From contig NC_068994.1 of NCBI RefSeq assembly GCF_001194135.2, forward strand, positions 15,602,415-15,638,979: a stretch of 36,565 bases of DNA, written 5' to 3'. Below the pieces are notes generated by a model. It searched no databases, was not told the origin of the DNA, and worked only from the letters and a program-made list of their open reading frames with translations. Source of the stretch: Octopus bimaculoides. Lineage: Eukaryota. The position numbers were made by a program, and so were the translations under genes. Position 1 is the stretch's first letter. Each line of letters begins with the position of its first letter. This document shows, piece after piece, positions 10,811 to 21,878 of the stretch.

Positions 10811-13089
10811 CACACACATTTATTTCGATATCTTTTACTATGCGAATGTCTAATGTATTTTATATTTCATCTTATTTACCTAGACAATGAAAGAAAACTG
10901 GGATTTCATTTTAATTACGGAATGGTCACAAGTGGAATACTTTTGATTGGGGATGACTGGGACTAAACAATAATAAAAAATAAGAATAAAATGTAAGCAG
11001 GATAATGTAGTCCTGTACATCTTATAACTTAGAGACAGGATGATCATGGTTTGGTCATGTTTGATCATTCATCTAAACATGATTTCATCCGAATTCACAA
11101 CTTAATGTTACATTAAGCTACAGGGTTACAGTTAACATATACTGCTAGCAAAGACCGAGACGTAAATGTTTAAAAGTGCGCGGTTTGGGAATATACATGT
11201 ATATAGAAAATTGATTTAAATGATTAAAAGATTGGCAACCTTTGTTGAACTGAGTAGCAGAATTTTCAAGAGTGAAGTATCATAGATTGATAAATTAAAA
11301 TATATATATATAAGAAAAGAAAAATAGATTGATGTTGAAAATCGTTAATTATCGGTTGCGTTTATACGTTGGAGCGTTTTCATTCGGCTGCTTAAAATTT
11401 CGTGTTTCCTAGCTGACAACAACTGAAGGCGTGGGCTGTTTTAGCAGACGGAATATTTTGACAGCCCTTGGTTTGTCAACTGACAACTGTTGAATTTATA
11501 AACACAAACAGCTCATTTGGCGATGTGTGTTGATATTTCTCCTGCAACATAAATATTAACATTAAACTCTAGAGTAGAATTTATATTATTTTCTTTCAGG
11601 TTCCTATTGTTTCTTTTTTCTTTCTCGTTTCCATATCAGTTCTGAGATTTTTCATCTTGGAGTTAACTCCTCTTGCGAAAACTGTATTTTTTTTTTAATA
11701 TAAAATATGTTCGCAGACAGAAATAGCAGGGTAAGCCACATTAGTTTGAATTTTGTTTTGAAATAACATTAGTATCTGAGTACCTGCTTTTGCTGTCCAT
11801 GAAGATATTTTACATTAGACATGATATTTATAACTTGTTGCAAAAAATTTCTAGATATACTTGGTGCAGTATAACATTAAAACAAAAACGCTATTAATGC
11901 TCTAGTAGTTTATTAAATCAAACTAGCAAGGAAAAAGTGCTAAGATAGCGAACCAAATTTACTGAAGCCCTTAGTAACTGTAGGTTCATAAACACTGTCA
12001 TTGTAGACAGTTAAAGAGAGTATTCAGTCACTGATGACTTTTTCTATAGTATTGTATAACATTGAAAGAAAATATTTCTTGGACCTGTAATGTAGTAGTT
12101 TATGAGGCCAACACTTTGGAAAAATGAATTGTCATGAACAGCTGTTACATATTCCCAAGTTTTTAATTATCAGATGTGTTAAGTAGCTTTAGAATGCTCT
12201 AGCAACTAGTTTTATATTATTTAGATATGACTACTATTTGTAGCAGTTCCAACAATAAAGTTGAGGCCTCTTTGTTGGCCCATGTACAGTTATTAGTTGA
12301 CATGTCTAACTTCATTGGAAGTTTGAAGAAACCTCAGTTCTGATAATTAGGTAGTTGTGTAATGAAATAGTTGTGTAATTTTTTTTCCTTTTTTCCATCT
12401 TCATCTGAGGATGGTGCATAGTTATGACCCTTTTCAGAGCCTTTGAGACTGGTGGGGTATTCTCAGGCAGTAGATCTAACCCTAAATGCTTACAATAAAA
12501 TTAACTCTTGTAAAGGTACCCAGAGGTTAGATGGTGGTGTTAAAATGGGCAAAGATTAAGATGAGTCAAATCAATCGCCTAAGAACAGTAACATAATGAT
12601 TCCAATGAACTTCGAGAAATTTGATGTTTGAACTGAGAATTCAAATTTTTGATGATAATTAATTTAGTATTTGTACTAATCACAGCTAGATAAGGTGACA
12701 GAGTTCTAACATTAACAATTTGTATATCATTTCACACTGCATTTTTGATAAATAACACAACTTTTAGTGGCTCAGTTCTCCTTGAAAATAGACATCTTGA
12801 AGAGCTGCAGTTAACAGTTGTAAGAAAGAGTACTGAAATTAATGCATACTTCTTCAGCTAATTCTGATGGGCTGCTCCTCAAGTTCTCTGATGGATAATG
12901 TTTAAACAGGAATCAATTCCACTTAGTTTTATCCACAGATAAAAAGCATTCACTGATTTTCCATTGACTAAATAGCTTAAGGGGCATTTATTGATTTTAT
13001 GCGGTATGTTGGTATGTATTCAAGCTACATGCCTACATTTTAATTCTCTTTCTTCTATGCTAACCATACTAATTTTTTCTAGTTCTGAG

Positions 13090-13265
13090 AGGTGGTCAGC
13101 TGGCAGAATCATTAGCACACCAGGCAAAATACTTAGTAACATTTTGCCTTTCATCCTTTCAGGGTCAGTAAAATAAGAACCAGTTGAGCATTGGGGTTGA
13201 TGTAATCAACTAGCTCCCTCCCTCTCCCCAGAAGTTGTTGGCCTTGTGCCAGAATTTGAAATCAA
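13090..13265 (+). mobile_element. Family-B SINE with internal deletion
   Basis: Head, TTGCCTTTCATCCTTTCAGGGTC core and GCCTTGTGCCAGAATTTGAAATC end. Confidence 0.7.
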
Positions 13266-13280
13266 TATTTTGTAGTGCTG

Positions 13281-13520
13281 TTATTTTTACATTATTTACA
13301 GTTGACGGATATTTGTCCTCATCTTGTTTGTTGTTAACACAACGTTTCGGCTGATATACCCTCCAGCCTTCATCAGGTGTCTTGAGGAAATTTCGAACCT
13401 GGGTTCTCATTCCTAAGGTATTTTTCGATGTTGTTGTTGTTATTATTATTCAGGTCACTGCCTGGAATCGAACTCAGAATCTTGGGGTTAGTTGCTTGCG
13501 CTCTTAACCACTATGCCCAT
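13281..13520 (-). mobile_element. tRNA-headed SINE-like element whose 3' part carries the hammerhead motif
   Basis: A-box TAGTGGTTAAG (13513-13503), B-box GAGTTCGATTCC (13475-13464), (AAT/AAC)n linker, then the hammerhead and a TGTAAATAATGTAAA-type tail. Confidence 0.75.
13336..13381 (-). ncRNA. Minimal type I hammerhead ribozyme motif
   Basis: Minus strand: GACAC-CUGAUGA-A-GGCUG(GAGGGUAUAU)CAGCC-GAAAC-GUU^-GUGUU. Stem I GACAC/GUGUU, perfect 5-bp stem II, loopless palindromic stem III (AACGUU). This is the architecture of Penelope-associated hammerheads. Confidence 0.8.
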
Positions 13521-13521
13521 G

Positions 13522-13667
13522 CTCAACTGGTATTTATTTCATTGACTGTGAAAGGCTGAAAGGCAAAGTCAACCTCAACGGAATATGAACTTAGAATGTA
13601 AAAATGGATGAAATGCCACTAAACGTTTTGCCTGGTGTAGTAATGAATCTGTCAGCTTGCTGCCTTA
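13522..13667 (-). mobile_element. Family-B SINE 5' part, truncated at the hammerhead SINE
   Basis: Reverse complement of the family-B head and core. Confidence 0.7.
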
Positions 13668-13706
13668 ATACTCCTTGATATATCACTACGTGTTCATGCT
13701 AAAGTA

Positions 13707-14091
13707 CAATAGAACCTCACAGTATGAGTGCCCCATTGTACAAGTAATTTGCTGTATGAGCCATGACTCAAGCGAATTTTTGTCTTGAAGTACAAGCGGA
13801 AATCTGCAGTACAAGCAAACAAATCATCCCACCATTAAGATAATTCAGTTAATAAAACCAGTTTACGTGTTTCTTTTGCATTCTCTTTTTTATAATTGTC
13901 ATTTTACTTGTAACTACACCTCTTCTGTTTTAAAATGCATCAAAAATTATTTTTGAGTAGTTTTTGGGAGCTGGAATGGACTAATTATATTTTAGTTAAT
14001 TTCAATGGGGAAAATTGATTTGTAAATTGAGTAAATCGTAAGATGAGCTCAGTCATGGAACGAACTAAACTGGTACTGTGAGGTACCACTA
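13707..14091. mobile_element. pogo/Tigger-like MITE
   Basis: TA-CAATAGAACCTC ... GAGGTACCACTA-TA, degenerate CAGT(A/G)G(A/T)ACCTC TIRs. Confidence 0.6.
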
Positions 14092-14351
14092 TACTCAATT
14101 CTTGCTGTCTCAGTCCATCTATTTCTAAATGGGAAACTTAGTGGGTACAGTTTGTTGCTATCAACAAACATGACCTTGTATAGTTGGTGAGTGTTTTTGC
14201 TAACTTGTAGTGCTGAGTTCAAGTCCTACTATAATAGAAGTGCTCACACAATGGCCCTGTTTCAATCATATTTATTATGACCATGATAGAAGGGACTACC
14301 TGTGAACAACCATTCCAATCTTGGATAACCTGTGTCATTAATTGATAGGTA

Positions 14352-14785
14352 CATGGCTGTGTAGGTAAAAAGCTTACTTTGCGACCACATGGTTTCGGGT
14401 TCAGTCCCACTTCACTGCTCCTTGGGCAAGTATCTTCTGCTCTATAGCTCCAGGCCAACCAATGCCTTGTGAGTAAACTTGATAGACAAAAATTGTGTGG
14501 AAGCCTACTGTGCATATGTACACACACACACACACACACTCACTCTCTCTCTCACACACACACACACATGTATGTGTGTGTGTGTGTGTCCCCACCCCAC
14601 TGCTTGACAATTAGTGTTGGCTTGCTTATATCCCTGCAACTTAGTTGTTTAGCCAAAGGGACCAGTAGGAAAAGTACCAGATTTATAAAATAAGTACTGC
14701 AGTTGATCTGTTTGACTAGAAACTCTCCAACGCAGTGCTCCAGCATGGTCATGTCCCACTGACTGAAACCAGTAAAAGATAAAAT
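14352..14785 (+). mobile_element. Family-A SINE
   Basis: Homologous to 2749-3140, with a (CA)n/(GT)n internal satellite. Confidence 0.75.
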
Positions 14786-15095
14786 GATTCAACCTCAGCA
14801 GCCTGTGTATTGTGCTTTCTCACCTCTGCCCCATGTTTATTTAATCTGGCCCAAATATTCCACCTGTTTTATGTCAAAACTAACCAGATCCAACCTCTCA
14901 CTCTTACCTTACAATGTCATTCTAAAAATATACGAACACACTATTGAAATCTTGAAACTACAAAATAATGCGTATTTAATTCAAACCAATGCGAGTAAAT
15001 AGGCAATACATTTGACAGAGTAATCTGAATGCTAAAGGTTTAAGATATCTTATCTGTGTTAATACACGATGCATTGTTCTGTTCTGTTCTTTTAG

Positions 15096-15185
15096 GTTCT
15101 TCCATCTTGGCATTGCTGTTGGCTGGTTATTTGGCTCAGTATCTGCTGCCACCTCCTGTACCAAAGATCCTTGGAATAGACTTGG
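15096..15185 (+). CDS. HSPA13: HSPA13 coding exon 2
   Basis: ttcttttag| (G)SSILALLLAGYLAQYLLPPPVPKILGIDL(G) |gtaaaa; hydrophobic signal region and the GIDLG Hsp70 phosphate-1 motif. Confidence 0.95.
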
Positions 15186-15329
15186 GTAAAAAAAAAAATG
15201 CTTTATTTTCCTGTCTTTGCCTATCTTTCTAAATGCATATTCATGAATTTCTAAATGTGTATTCATTTCAAAAGTATTTATATGAATTATTGGTAGAAAC
15301 CTTTAATAAGATGAAAACTACAAAAAAAC

Positions 15330-15416
15330 GGTGACAGCTGATGTAATTAATTTGAAGTTAATCAACCTAGTGATAGGTGCTTGATTAACTTCAAATTAAT
15401 TACATCAGCTGTCACC
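15330..15416. repeat. Perfect 36-bp inverted repeat with 15-nt spacer
   Basis: GGTGACAGCTGATGTAATTAATTTGAAGTTAATCAA (15330-15365) and its exact reverse complement (15381-15416). Confidence 0.95.
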
Positions 15417-15899
15417 TATCATGAGGTTGAAAACCGACATGTTTTCCATATTTCAGCTTTAATACGTGTACACAAACTTCACAAATGCATACTCTATGTA
15501 AGCTTCACACACACACACACACACACTACCTACATCAAGACACTAACAGATGTGCTTACACACATGCACAGATATAATGATTTTGGTATGACACAGATGT
15601 AATACTTTTGGTAATGTTCATATTTAAAGATTTATATCTTAATATTCTATTTCAATATTAAGAAATATTCACCCTGATAAGATGATCAGGTCATTTTATG
15701 TGCCCAAGGATGTGAGAAGAATGAAAGGCCATGTATATTCCTTAAGAATATACATACCTTTCTCTGCCTATTGAGATTCAAATACTTTTTTTTAAGAATT
15801 TCAAATAAAAATCTCCTCATTATTTTTTGTATCTCATAGAAATATCATTTCCTTCCGATGTATTGAAAGAAGCACAAGCACTTTCACACACACATGTAT

Positions 15900-16045
15900 A
15901 CACACAACAGAACTTCTGACTACCAAATTCACTCACAAGGCTTTGGTTGACCTGAAGCTATAGCAGAAGACACTTGCTCAAGGTGCTGTGCAGTGGGGCT
16001 GAACCCAAAACCATGTGGTTGAGAAACCGGCTTCCTACAATCTTG
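15900..16045 (-). mobile_element. Family-A SINE 5' half
   Basis: AGAAGACACTTGCTCAAGG core in reverse orientation. Confidence 0.7.
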
Positions 16046-16129
16046 CAACACCTCAATCTATTGCCTACAAAATGCTTTGGGTGTTACAATATATTCAGTT
16101 GGTAACCATTGTTGAAGAAATGTCCTTTT

Positions 16130-16345
16130 CTACTCTAGGCACAAGGCCTGAAATTTTTGGGGAGGCGGAGGGTGGGGGTCGATTGATTGATTCCAGTATG
16201 CAACTGGTACTTAGTTTATTGACCCCAAGAGGATGAAAGGCAGAGTTAACCTCGGTGGAATTTGAACTCGGAATGTAAAAACAGACAAAATACCACTAAG
16301 CATTTCGCCCAACGTGCTAACGATTCTGCCAGCTTACTGCCTTTT
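16130..16345 (-). mobile_element. Family-B SINE
   Basis: Reverse complement of the family-B consensus seen at 5411-5630. Confidence 0.75.
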
Positions 16346-16556
16346 TGCTGAAGAAATATCTGTAAGACTTTATACCTCTGAAGTTTTAAAGCTGAACTAT
16401 TGATCAAATTAGTTTCTATTGCTTCAGCATTGTGGTGGTCTTCATCCTCTTTTGCCTTCAGAAGTCACTTGTTTATTACATGTTGATGAAAGCTAAATGG
16501 TGAGGGTGATGGTGATGCTGGTCTGCTCACTCACACACACACACACACACACACAC

Positions 16557-16656
16557 NNNNNNNNNNNNNNNNNNNNNNNNNNNNNNNNNNNNNNNNNNNN
16601 NNNNNNNNNNNNNNNNNNNNNNNNNNNNNNNNNNNNNNNNNNNNNNNNNNNNNNNN
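16557..16656. other. Assembly gap (100 N)
   Basis: N run between (CA)n and (TA)n. Confidence 1.
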
Positions 16657-16824
16657 TATATATATATATATATATATGTCCAAAGAGCTTCTGCAGGACA
16701 GATAATGTTGACAGTGATCTGAAGTGTTTCAACATTGATATCAAACTAATACAAAACCAAGAAAAGATTGAAACAAAGAAGTTATGCTTAACAGCATTTT
16801 GTCTGTCTTTACATTCTGAGCTCA

Positions 16825-17221
16825 AATTTTACTGGGGTCAACTTGGCCTTCCATCCTTTTGGGGTTGATAAATTAAGTACCAGTGAAACACTGGGGTCGA
16901 TGTAATTAACTAGTCTTTTCCCTCAAAACTTCAGGCTTTGTGCCTATAGTAGAAAAGATTATTATTATTATCATTATCATTTAAGGTAGCGAGCTGGCAG
17001 AACCAATAGCACGCTGGGCGAAATGCTTGGCAGTATTTCATCAGCCGCTACGTTCTGAGTTCAAATTCCACTGAGGTCAACTTTGCCTTTCATTCTTTCT
17101 CAGTTGATAAAATAAGTATCAGTTGACTACTGGGGTCAATGCATTCGACTCATCCCCTCCCCTGAAATTGCTGGCCTTGTGCCAAAATTTGAAATCATTA
17201 TTATTGTTGTTGTTGTTGTCA

Positions 17222-17264
<43 letters not shown>

Positions 17265-17280
17265 CATCATCATTATTATC
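16825..17280 (+). mobile_element. Two tandem family-B SINEs; the second tail abuts HSPA13 exon 3
   Basis: Partial copy 16825-16965, full copy 16983-17195, (ATT/GTT/ATC)n tail 17196-17280. Confidence 0.8.
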
Positions 17281-17288
17281 TTCAAAAG

Positions 17289-17394
17289 GTACAACCTACT
17301 CCTGTATTGGAATGTACCATGCAGTGTCTGGAAGAGTAGATATTTTGTCTGTCCAAAATGAACAGCAGTGTATTCCAAGTGTTGTAGCATTCAA
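17289..17394 (+). CDS. HSPA13: HSPA13 coding exon 3
   Basis: ttcaaaag| (G)TTYSCIGMYHAVSGRVDILSVQNEQQCIPSVVAF(N) |gtaaga; completes GIDLGTTYS; phases match on both sides. Confidence 0.95.
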
Positions 17395-17451
17395 GTAAGA
17401 AGACTTTTCGTTCTTTGTTTCTTTAGCGGTTATTTCACTTTTATGTTATGC

Positions 17452-17660
17452 CTTTTACTTGTTTTAGACTTTGGACTGTGGCCATGCTAGGGGCACTGCC
17501 TTGAAGGGCTTTCGTCAAACAGCTCAGCTGTACTTAATTTTTTTTTCAAGTCTGGTACTTATTGTGTCAGTCTTTTTTGCTGAGCCGCTAAGTTAGGAGG
17601 ACACAAACAAACTAACACCAGTTGTCAAATGGTGAATGGAAAAAATACAGACACAAAGAA
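17452..17660 (-). mobile_element. Family-A SINE 3' half
   Basis: GACTGTGGCCATGCT...CCGCTAAGTTA in reverse orientation. Confidence 0.7.
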
Positions 17661-17871
17661 ACTGTTATGATGTGTGTGTACATGTCGTGTATAAAATAGT
17701 ATTACCCAAATATTCACACAGAACACACTCTGTGCGACTTGGATGTAGGTACAGTATTAAACCAGCACATGTCGCACTAACGCAGAGACCAACACTGTCA
17801 ACTGCCCCTGATAGTTCACACAGTTCTTTATTTATTGAAATTCGATAGTCCACTTTCAGTCATGTGAGGAT

Positions 17872-18240
17872 CATCATCATCATCATCAAAGTTTAACGTC
17901 CGCTTTCCATGCTAGAATGGGTTTGACAATTTGACTGAGGACTGGTGAACCAGGTGGCTACACCAGACTCCAATCTGTTTTGGCAGAGTTTCTACAGCTG
18001 GATGCCCTTCCTAACGCCAACCACTCCGAGAGTGTAGTGGGTGTTTTTACGTGCCACTGGCACGAAGGCCAGTCAGGAGGTACTGGCAACGGCCATGCTC
18101 AAAATGGTGTATTTTACGTGCCATCTGCACAGGAGCCAGTCTACTGGTACTGGCAACGAATTTGCTCAAATATCTTTTCACGTGCCACTGGCACAAGTGC
18201 CTGGAGGGCGACGTTGGTAATGATCATGCTCAAATACAGG
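17872..18240 (-). mobile_element. RTE-type 3' tail element
   Basis: Reverse complement of the same tail, with internal units of about 60-65 bp. Confidence 0.8.
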
Positions 18241-18279
18241 TCTATCCCGTAACAGAAACACACACACATATATATAGTA

Positions 18280-18800
18280 AAGCTGCATGGCCTAGTGGTT
18301 GTGGGTGCAAACGATCACAGGATTGTGGTTTTGTTTCCTGGATCAGGTGGTGTGTTGTGTAAATATGTAGTGGAGCTAGGGTGTGCATATGTGTAAATGT
18401 ATGCATCTGCACTTATGTTCTGTGTGAACAATGGACATGAAACTCTGCTTGCAAAGACCTGTTGGGGCAAGTGAAAGCGAAATCGTGATGGCACCTGTGC
18501 CCAGGGTCGCCTTCCTGGCACTTGTGCCAGTGGCATGTGAAAAGACATTCAAGCGAGTTCGTTGCCATTACCGCTGGACTGGCTCCTGTGCAGGTGGCAT
18601 GTAAAATACACCATTTTGAGCATGGCCGTTGCCTGTACTGTCTGACTGGCCTTCGTGTGGCTGGCGTTAGGAAGGGCATCCATCTGTTGAAACTCTGCCA
18701 AATCAGATTGGAGCCAGGTGTAGCCATCTGGTTCACCAGTCCTCAGTCAAATCGTCCAACCCATGCTAGCATGGAAAGCAGACGTTAAATGATGATGATG
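18280..18800 (+). mobile_element. tRNA-headed SINE with RTE-type 3' tail
   Basis: A-box-like TGGCCTAGTGGTT near 18288; ends in the RTE tail and (GAT)n. Confidence 0.7.
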
Positions 18801-19063
18801 TGTGATTGTGATTGTGAATGTATGATCCTTGCCTGCACTCTTGAAAGTTTTGAAAGTGTTAATTCTATGACATTAGAATTCCATGTTAAAATGTTTACGA
18901 TAACCAACTGTAGATTTGGAAAAATTGAAGGGCTTATTGATAAGTAAATAGAAATTATAAAAATGGAAACTTTATTTTTAAAGTAAATTTTATCTTTTCA
19001 TTTCTAAATTAAAAATGAGTTGGTTTGCCAATTTTGTATCTGTACAGTTTTGTTTTATTTTAG

Positions 19064-19208
19064 TGAAAGTGGTGTATTTGTTGGTTACGATGCTGTAGCC
19101 CAGGCAGAGTACAACCCCAAGAATACCATCTATGATAGCAAGCGCTTTATAGGGAGACATTTTACTCCTGAAGAACTTGCTGACATTCAGAAACACTACC
19201 CATTTCAG
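19064..19208 (+). CDS. HSPA13: HSPA13 coding exon 4
   Basis: ttattttag| ESGVFVGYDAVAQAEYNPKNTIYDSKRFIGRHFTPEELADIQKHYPFQ |gtttgt; NPxNTIYDxKRFIG Hsp70 motif. Confidence 0.96.
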
Positions 19209-20540
19209 GTTTGTACAATTAAATCTTGTGTAACTGAGACAAATTTTGTCTTCCTGTTGTGTTAGATTAAAATTAAGTTCAGTAGAATCTTAGCTAGATA
19301 GAGGGGGAACCACAGGCATTGGTACAATTAACTTTTGAGACTAGCTCAGGACGGTTTAGTTAGTGTGCTGGATAGTCACTAAATTGTGTTACTTTAGTAG
19401 TATTGTTTCTGCAGGTAATGCTGTTGGTAACATCGTCTCAGATATAAATCTTTATTCACCTTCTGCAGATTAAAATTTAATTTTTTTAACCAGATGAAAA
19501 AGTGTCTAAGTCCCATGATGTTTCAGGGCCTTTGAGACTTGTTGGAAGAAGAGTAAAAGTTCTCCTTAGACTAGAGATTTGATTTCTTGCAATATTGTAG
19601 AATTCATTAAAGGCACACAATAATGAGATGGTGATCTTAAAATGGTAGCTGGATTGAGTTTATCACCAAAGAATCCTAATGTTTTCTCCAACTGGCTTCC
19701 AAACAATTTTCATTTCCCAAATTTCATATTTCATTCACAAGTTTTTTGCTAGAGGTACTGAGTAATTGGATCAATTCTGAAACAATGTAGTTGAGATGAA
19801 AACTTTTTAACTCATCTTAATCACTCAGATTACTCTGTCAAATGTAATTCTTGTTTTTCCTCATTGTTTTGAATTAATCATGCATTATCTCGTAGCTTTG
19901 AGATTTTCTTGATGTGATTGCTTACTTTGAGATTGTTGGGTAGGTGTTAGAAACTGGATTTGACCAGTTTGAATATTCAGGTGTTAGAAACTGGATTTGA
20001 CCAGTTTGAACATAAAATGAGTAGAATATTTTGGCTGGATATGACTGGCTTAAATGCTAAAGGGTCATGCCTGCACCCAGTATGGGTATATGAAAAATGT
20101 GGTGCTATATAGTTGTTAATCATGGAGAGCAAAACCAACGGCTTTATAAATAATTGTTATTCGCTGGATGTGCAACATAATTCAGATGAACAAATGCAAG
20201 TCAGCAAGAAAACTGAGGATGAATATAACAGAGACGTTGGTTTGTATTTCATTAATAAGCTTCAGAGTTGTTTTAGTGCACACGATATAGAACAATAATG
20301 CTTGTTAAGTAAAAGTGGCACAAAATGTGTGTAAAGATATGTAGAGGATAGGTAGATTGAACCAAGACTTCTTATGAAACAGGTAGGTTTATCCTGAAAA
20401 AATTGAGTCTCAGAGATAAAAATAATGCAAGGTTGAGAGATTGAGAACAACTAGGAAGATATATATTATGGGCTTGTTAAATCTGTCTTAAAATTATAAT
20501 GATATATTATCTGAGTGTGAACTATATATTAACAATATAA

Positions 20541-20908
20541 AAAACAAGAGCACTCAAAGAGCGCAAACCTCTGCCAAGGCAACACCGACATCCTCTCAAC
20601 GATTAGCCAGAGATGATTTTTCAAATGAGAATATCTAAAATAAACTCAACTGCTCTCATAAACGAGAATGCTAAAAACGAATGTGGCCACTTTCAAAAAT
20701 TAAATAAAAAAACAGGAAAAATAATCCAGAATCCTTGTCCAGTACTAGATCGATCCCAAAATCTAAACAGTTCATGCCAGTCATGAAGCCAAATATTCCT
20801 GAAAGTTTCATTCGAATCTATCCAGTGGTTCTTGAGATATCTTGTTCACGGACAAACAAACAAACATGACTGAAACAATACTGCTGCCTTCACTAAGGCA
20901 GAGGTAAT
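20541..20908 (+). mobile_element. Helentron-associated (HINE/DINE-like) non-autonomous element
   Basis: AAAAACAAGAGC 5' end, (CAAA)n microsatellite, 3' subterminal hairpin CTGCCTT-CACT-AAGGCAG then AGGTAA. Confidence 0.6.
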
Positions 20909-21104
20909 AAATACCAAAATACTAAATATAAAAACCAGCATAATTAAAAGCTACTTCAATTAAATACAACACATTGCCATCCTCACTCAAATGTACATAG
21001 AAACCATACGAGAAACCAAGCTAAGACACTATGTATCGGGTCATCTCATAAATAATGTGTTTTTTTATACTTCTTATATTTTTCAAAATTTCAGCATGTA
21101 ACTT

Positions 21105-21395
21105 ATTAAATCTGGTACTTAGTCTATTGGTCTTTTTTTTGCCAAAGTGCTATGTTATGGAGACAAAAATAAAGCAATACCAGTTATCAAGTGATCTGGT
21201 GGGATAAACATGTACACAGACACACACACACGTACATACATATGATGTGCTTCTTTCAATTTCCACCTGCTAAATACTCTTTCAAGGCTTTAGTCAGCCT
21301 GGAGCTAACATAGAAAACACTCATTCAGCAACCAAGCAGTGAGACTGAACCTGGAACTTTGTGGTTCGGAAGCAAACTTCTTACTACACACCCAC
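21105..21395 (-). mobile_element. Decayed family-A SINE
   Basis: Recognisable head, core and tail remnants. Confidence 0.6.
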
Positions 21396-21878
21396 ACCTG
21401 TACTAACCAGACCTAATAAAATGCATCACCATATTGATAACTGCATCTATTCTGTTGTGTATAACACTTCAAATGAAATTTCTTCTTCTTTTGTTGCACA
21501 CGCTGTGAAGTGGCTTCAGTGTCAAGAATTTCCTTCTTTCCATAACTAGAATTCTTAAAAAGCAAAACCCATAGTACTCATTAAGACTGGCAGTCTGTCA
21601 TCTCTTTTGTTATGTTAATCTGTCTATCTATCTTCTTTAGTGAGTGTATGTGTATCTCCAACCGTCTGATCAACTGTACATGTTTCTCCTTGTTTTTCTT
21701 TTACAACGCCTCTACTTGTCCTTATATGTGCTTATGTATGTCTACATGCTTGCCTGCTCGCTTTACTATCTTTGTATTTGTTTGTCTGCTTGCCTGTTTC
21801 CGAGAATCTTACTGCCTTTATTGCACATCTTTCCATCTGCCTCTTGTATGTGTCTTATTTAATCCTATACCAATTAAA

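Noticed and set aside
11413-11480. Hairpin GGGCTGT...ACAGCCC with outer TGACAA/TTGTCA (pre-miRNA or H/ACA snoRNA candidate)
   Set aside because: Large asymmetric bulges, no second hairpin or clear H box; compatible with chance.
17123-17398. ORF with a poly-Leu 'signal peptide' fused in frame to HSPA13 exon 3
   Set aside because: The Leu run is the (ATT)n SINE tail; there is no in-frame ATG (TTG start only, stop at 17108) and the nearby AGs are out of phase with exon 2.
20113-20450. Short ORFs in unique-looking intronic sequence
   Set aside because: No recognisable motif, frequent stops, no supporting splice sites.
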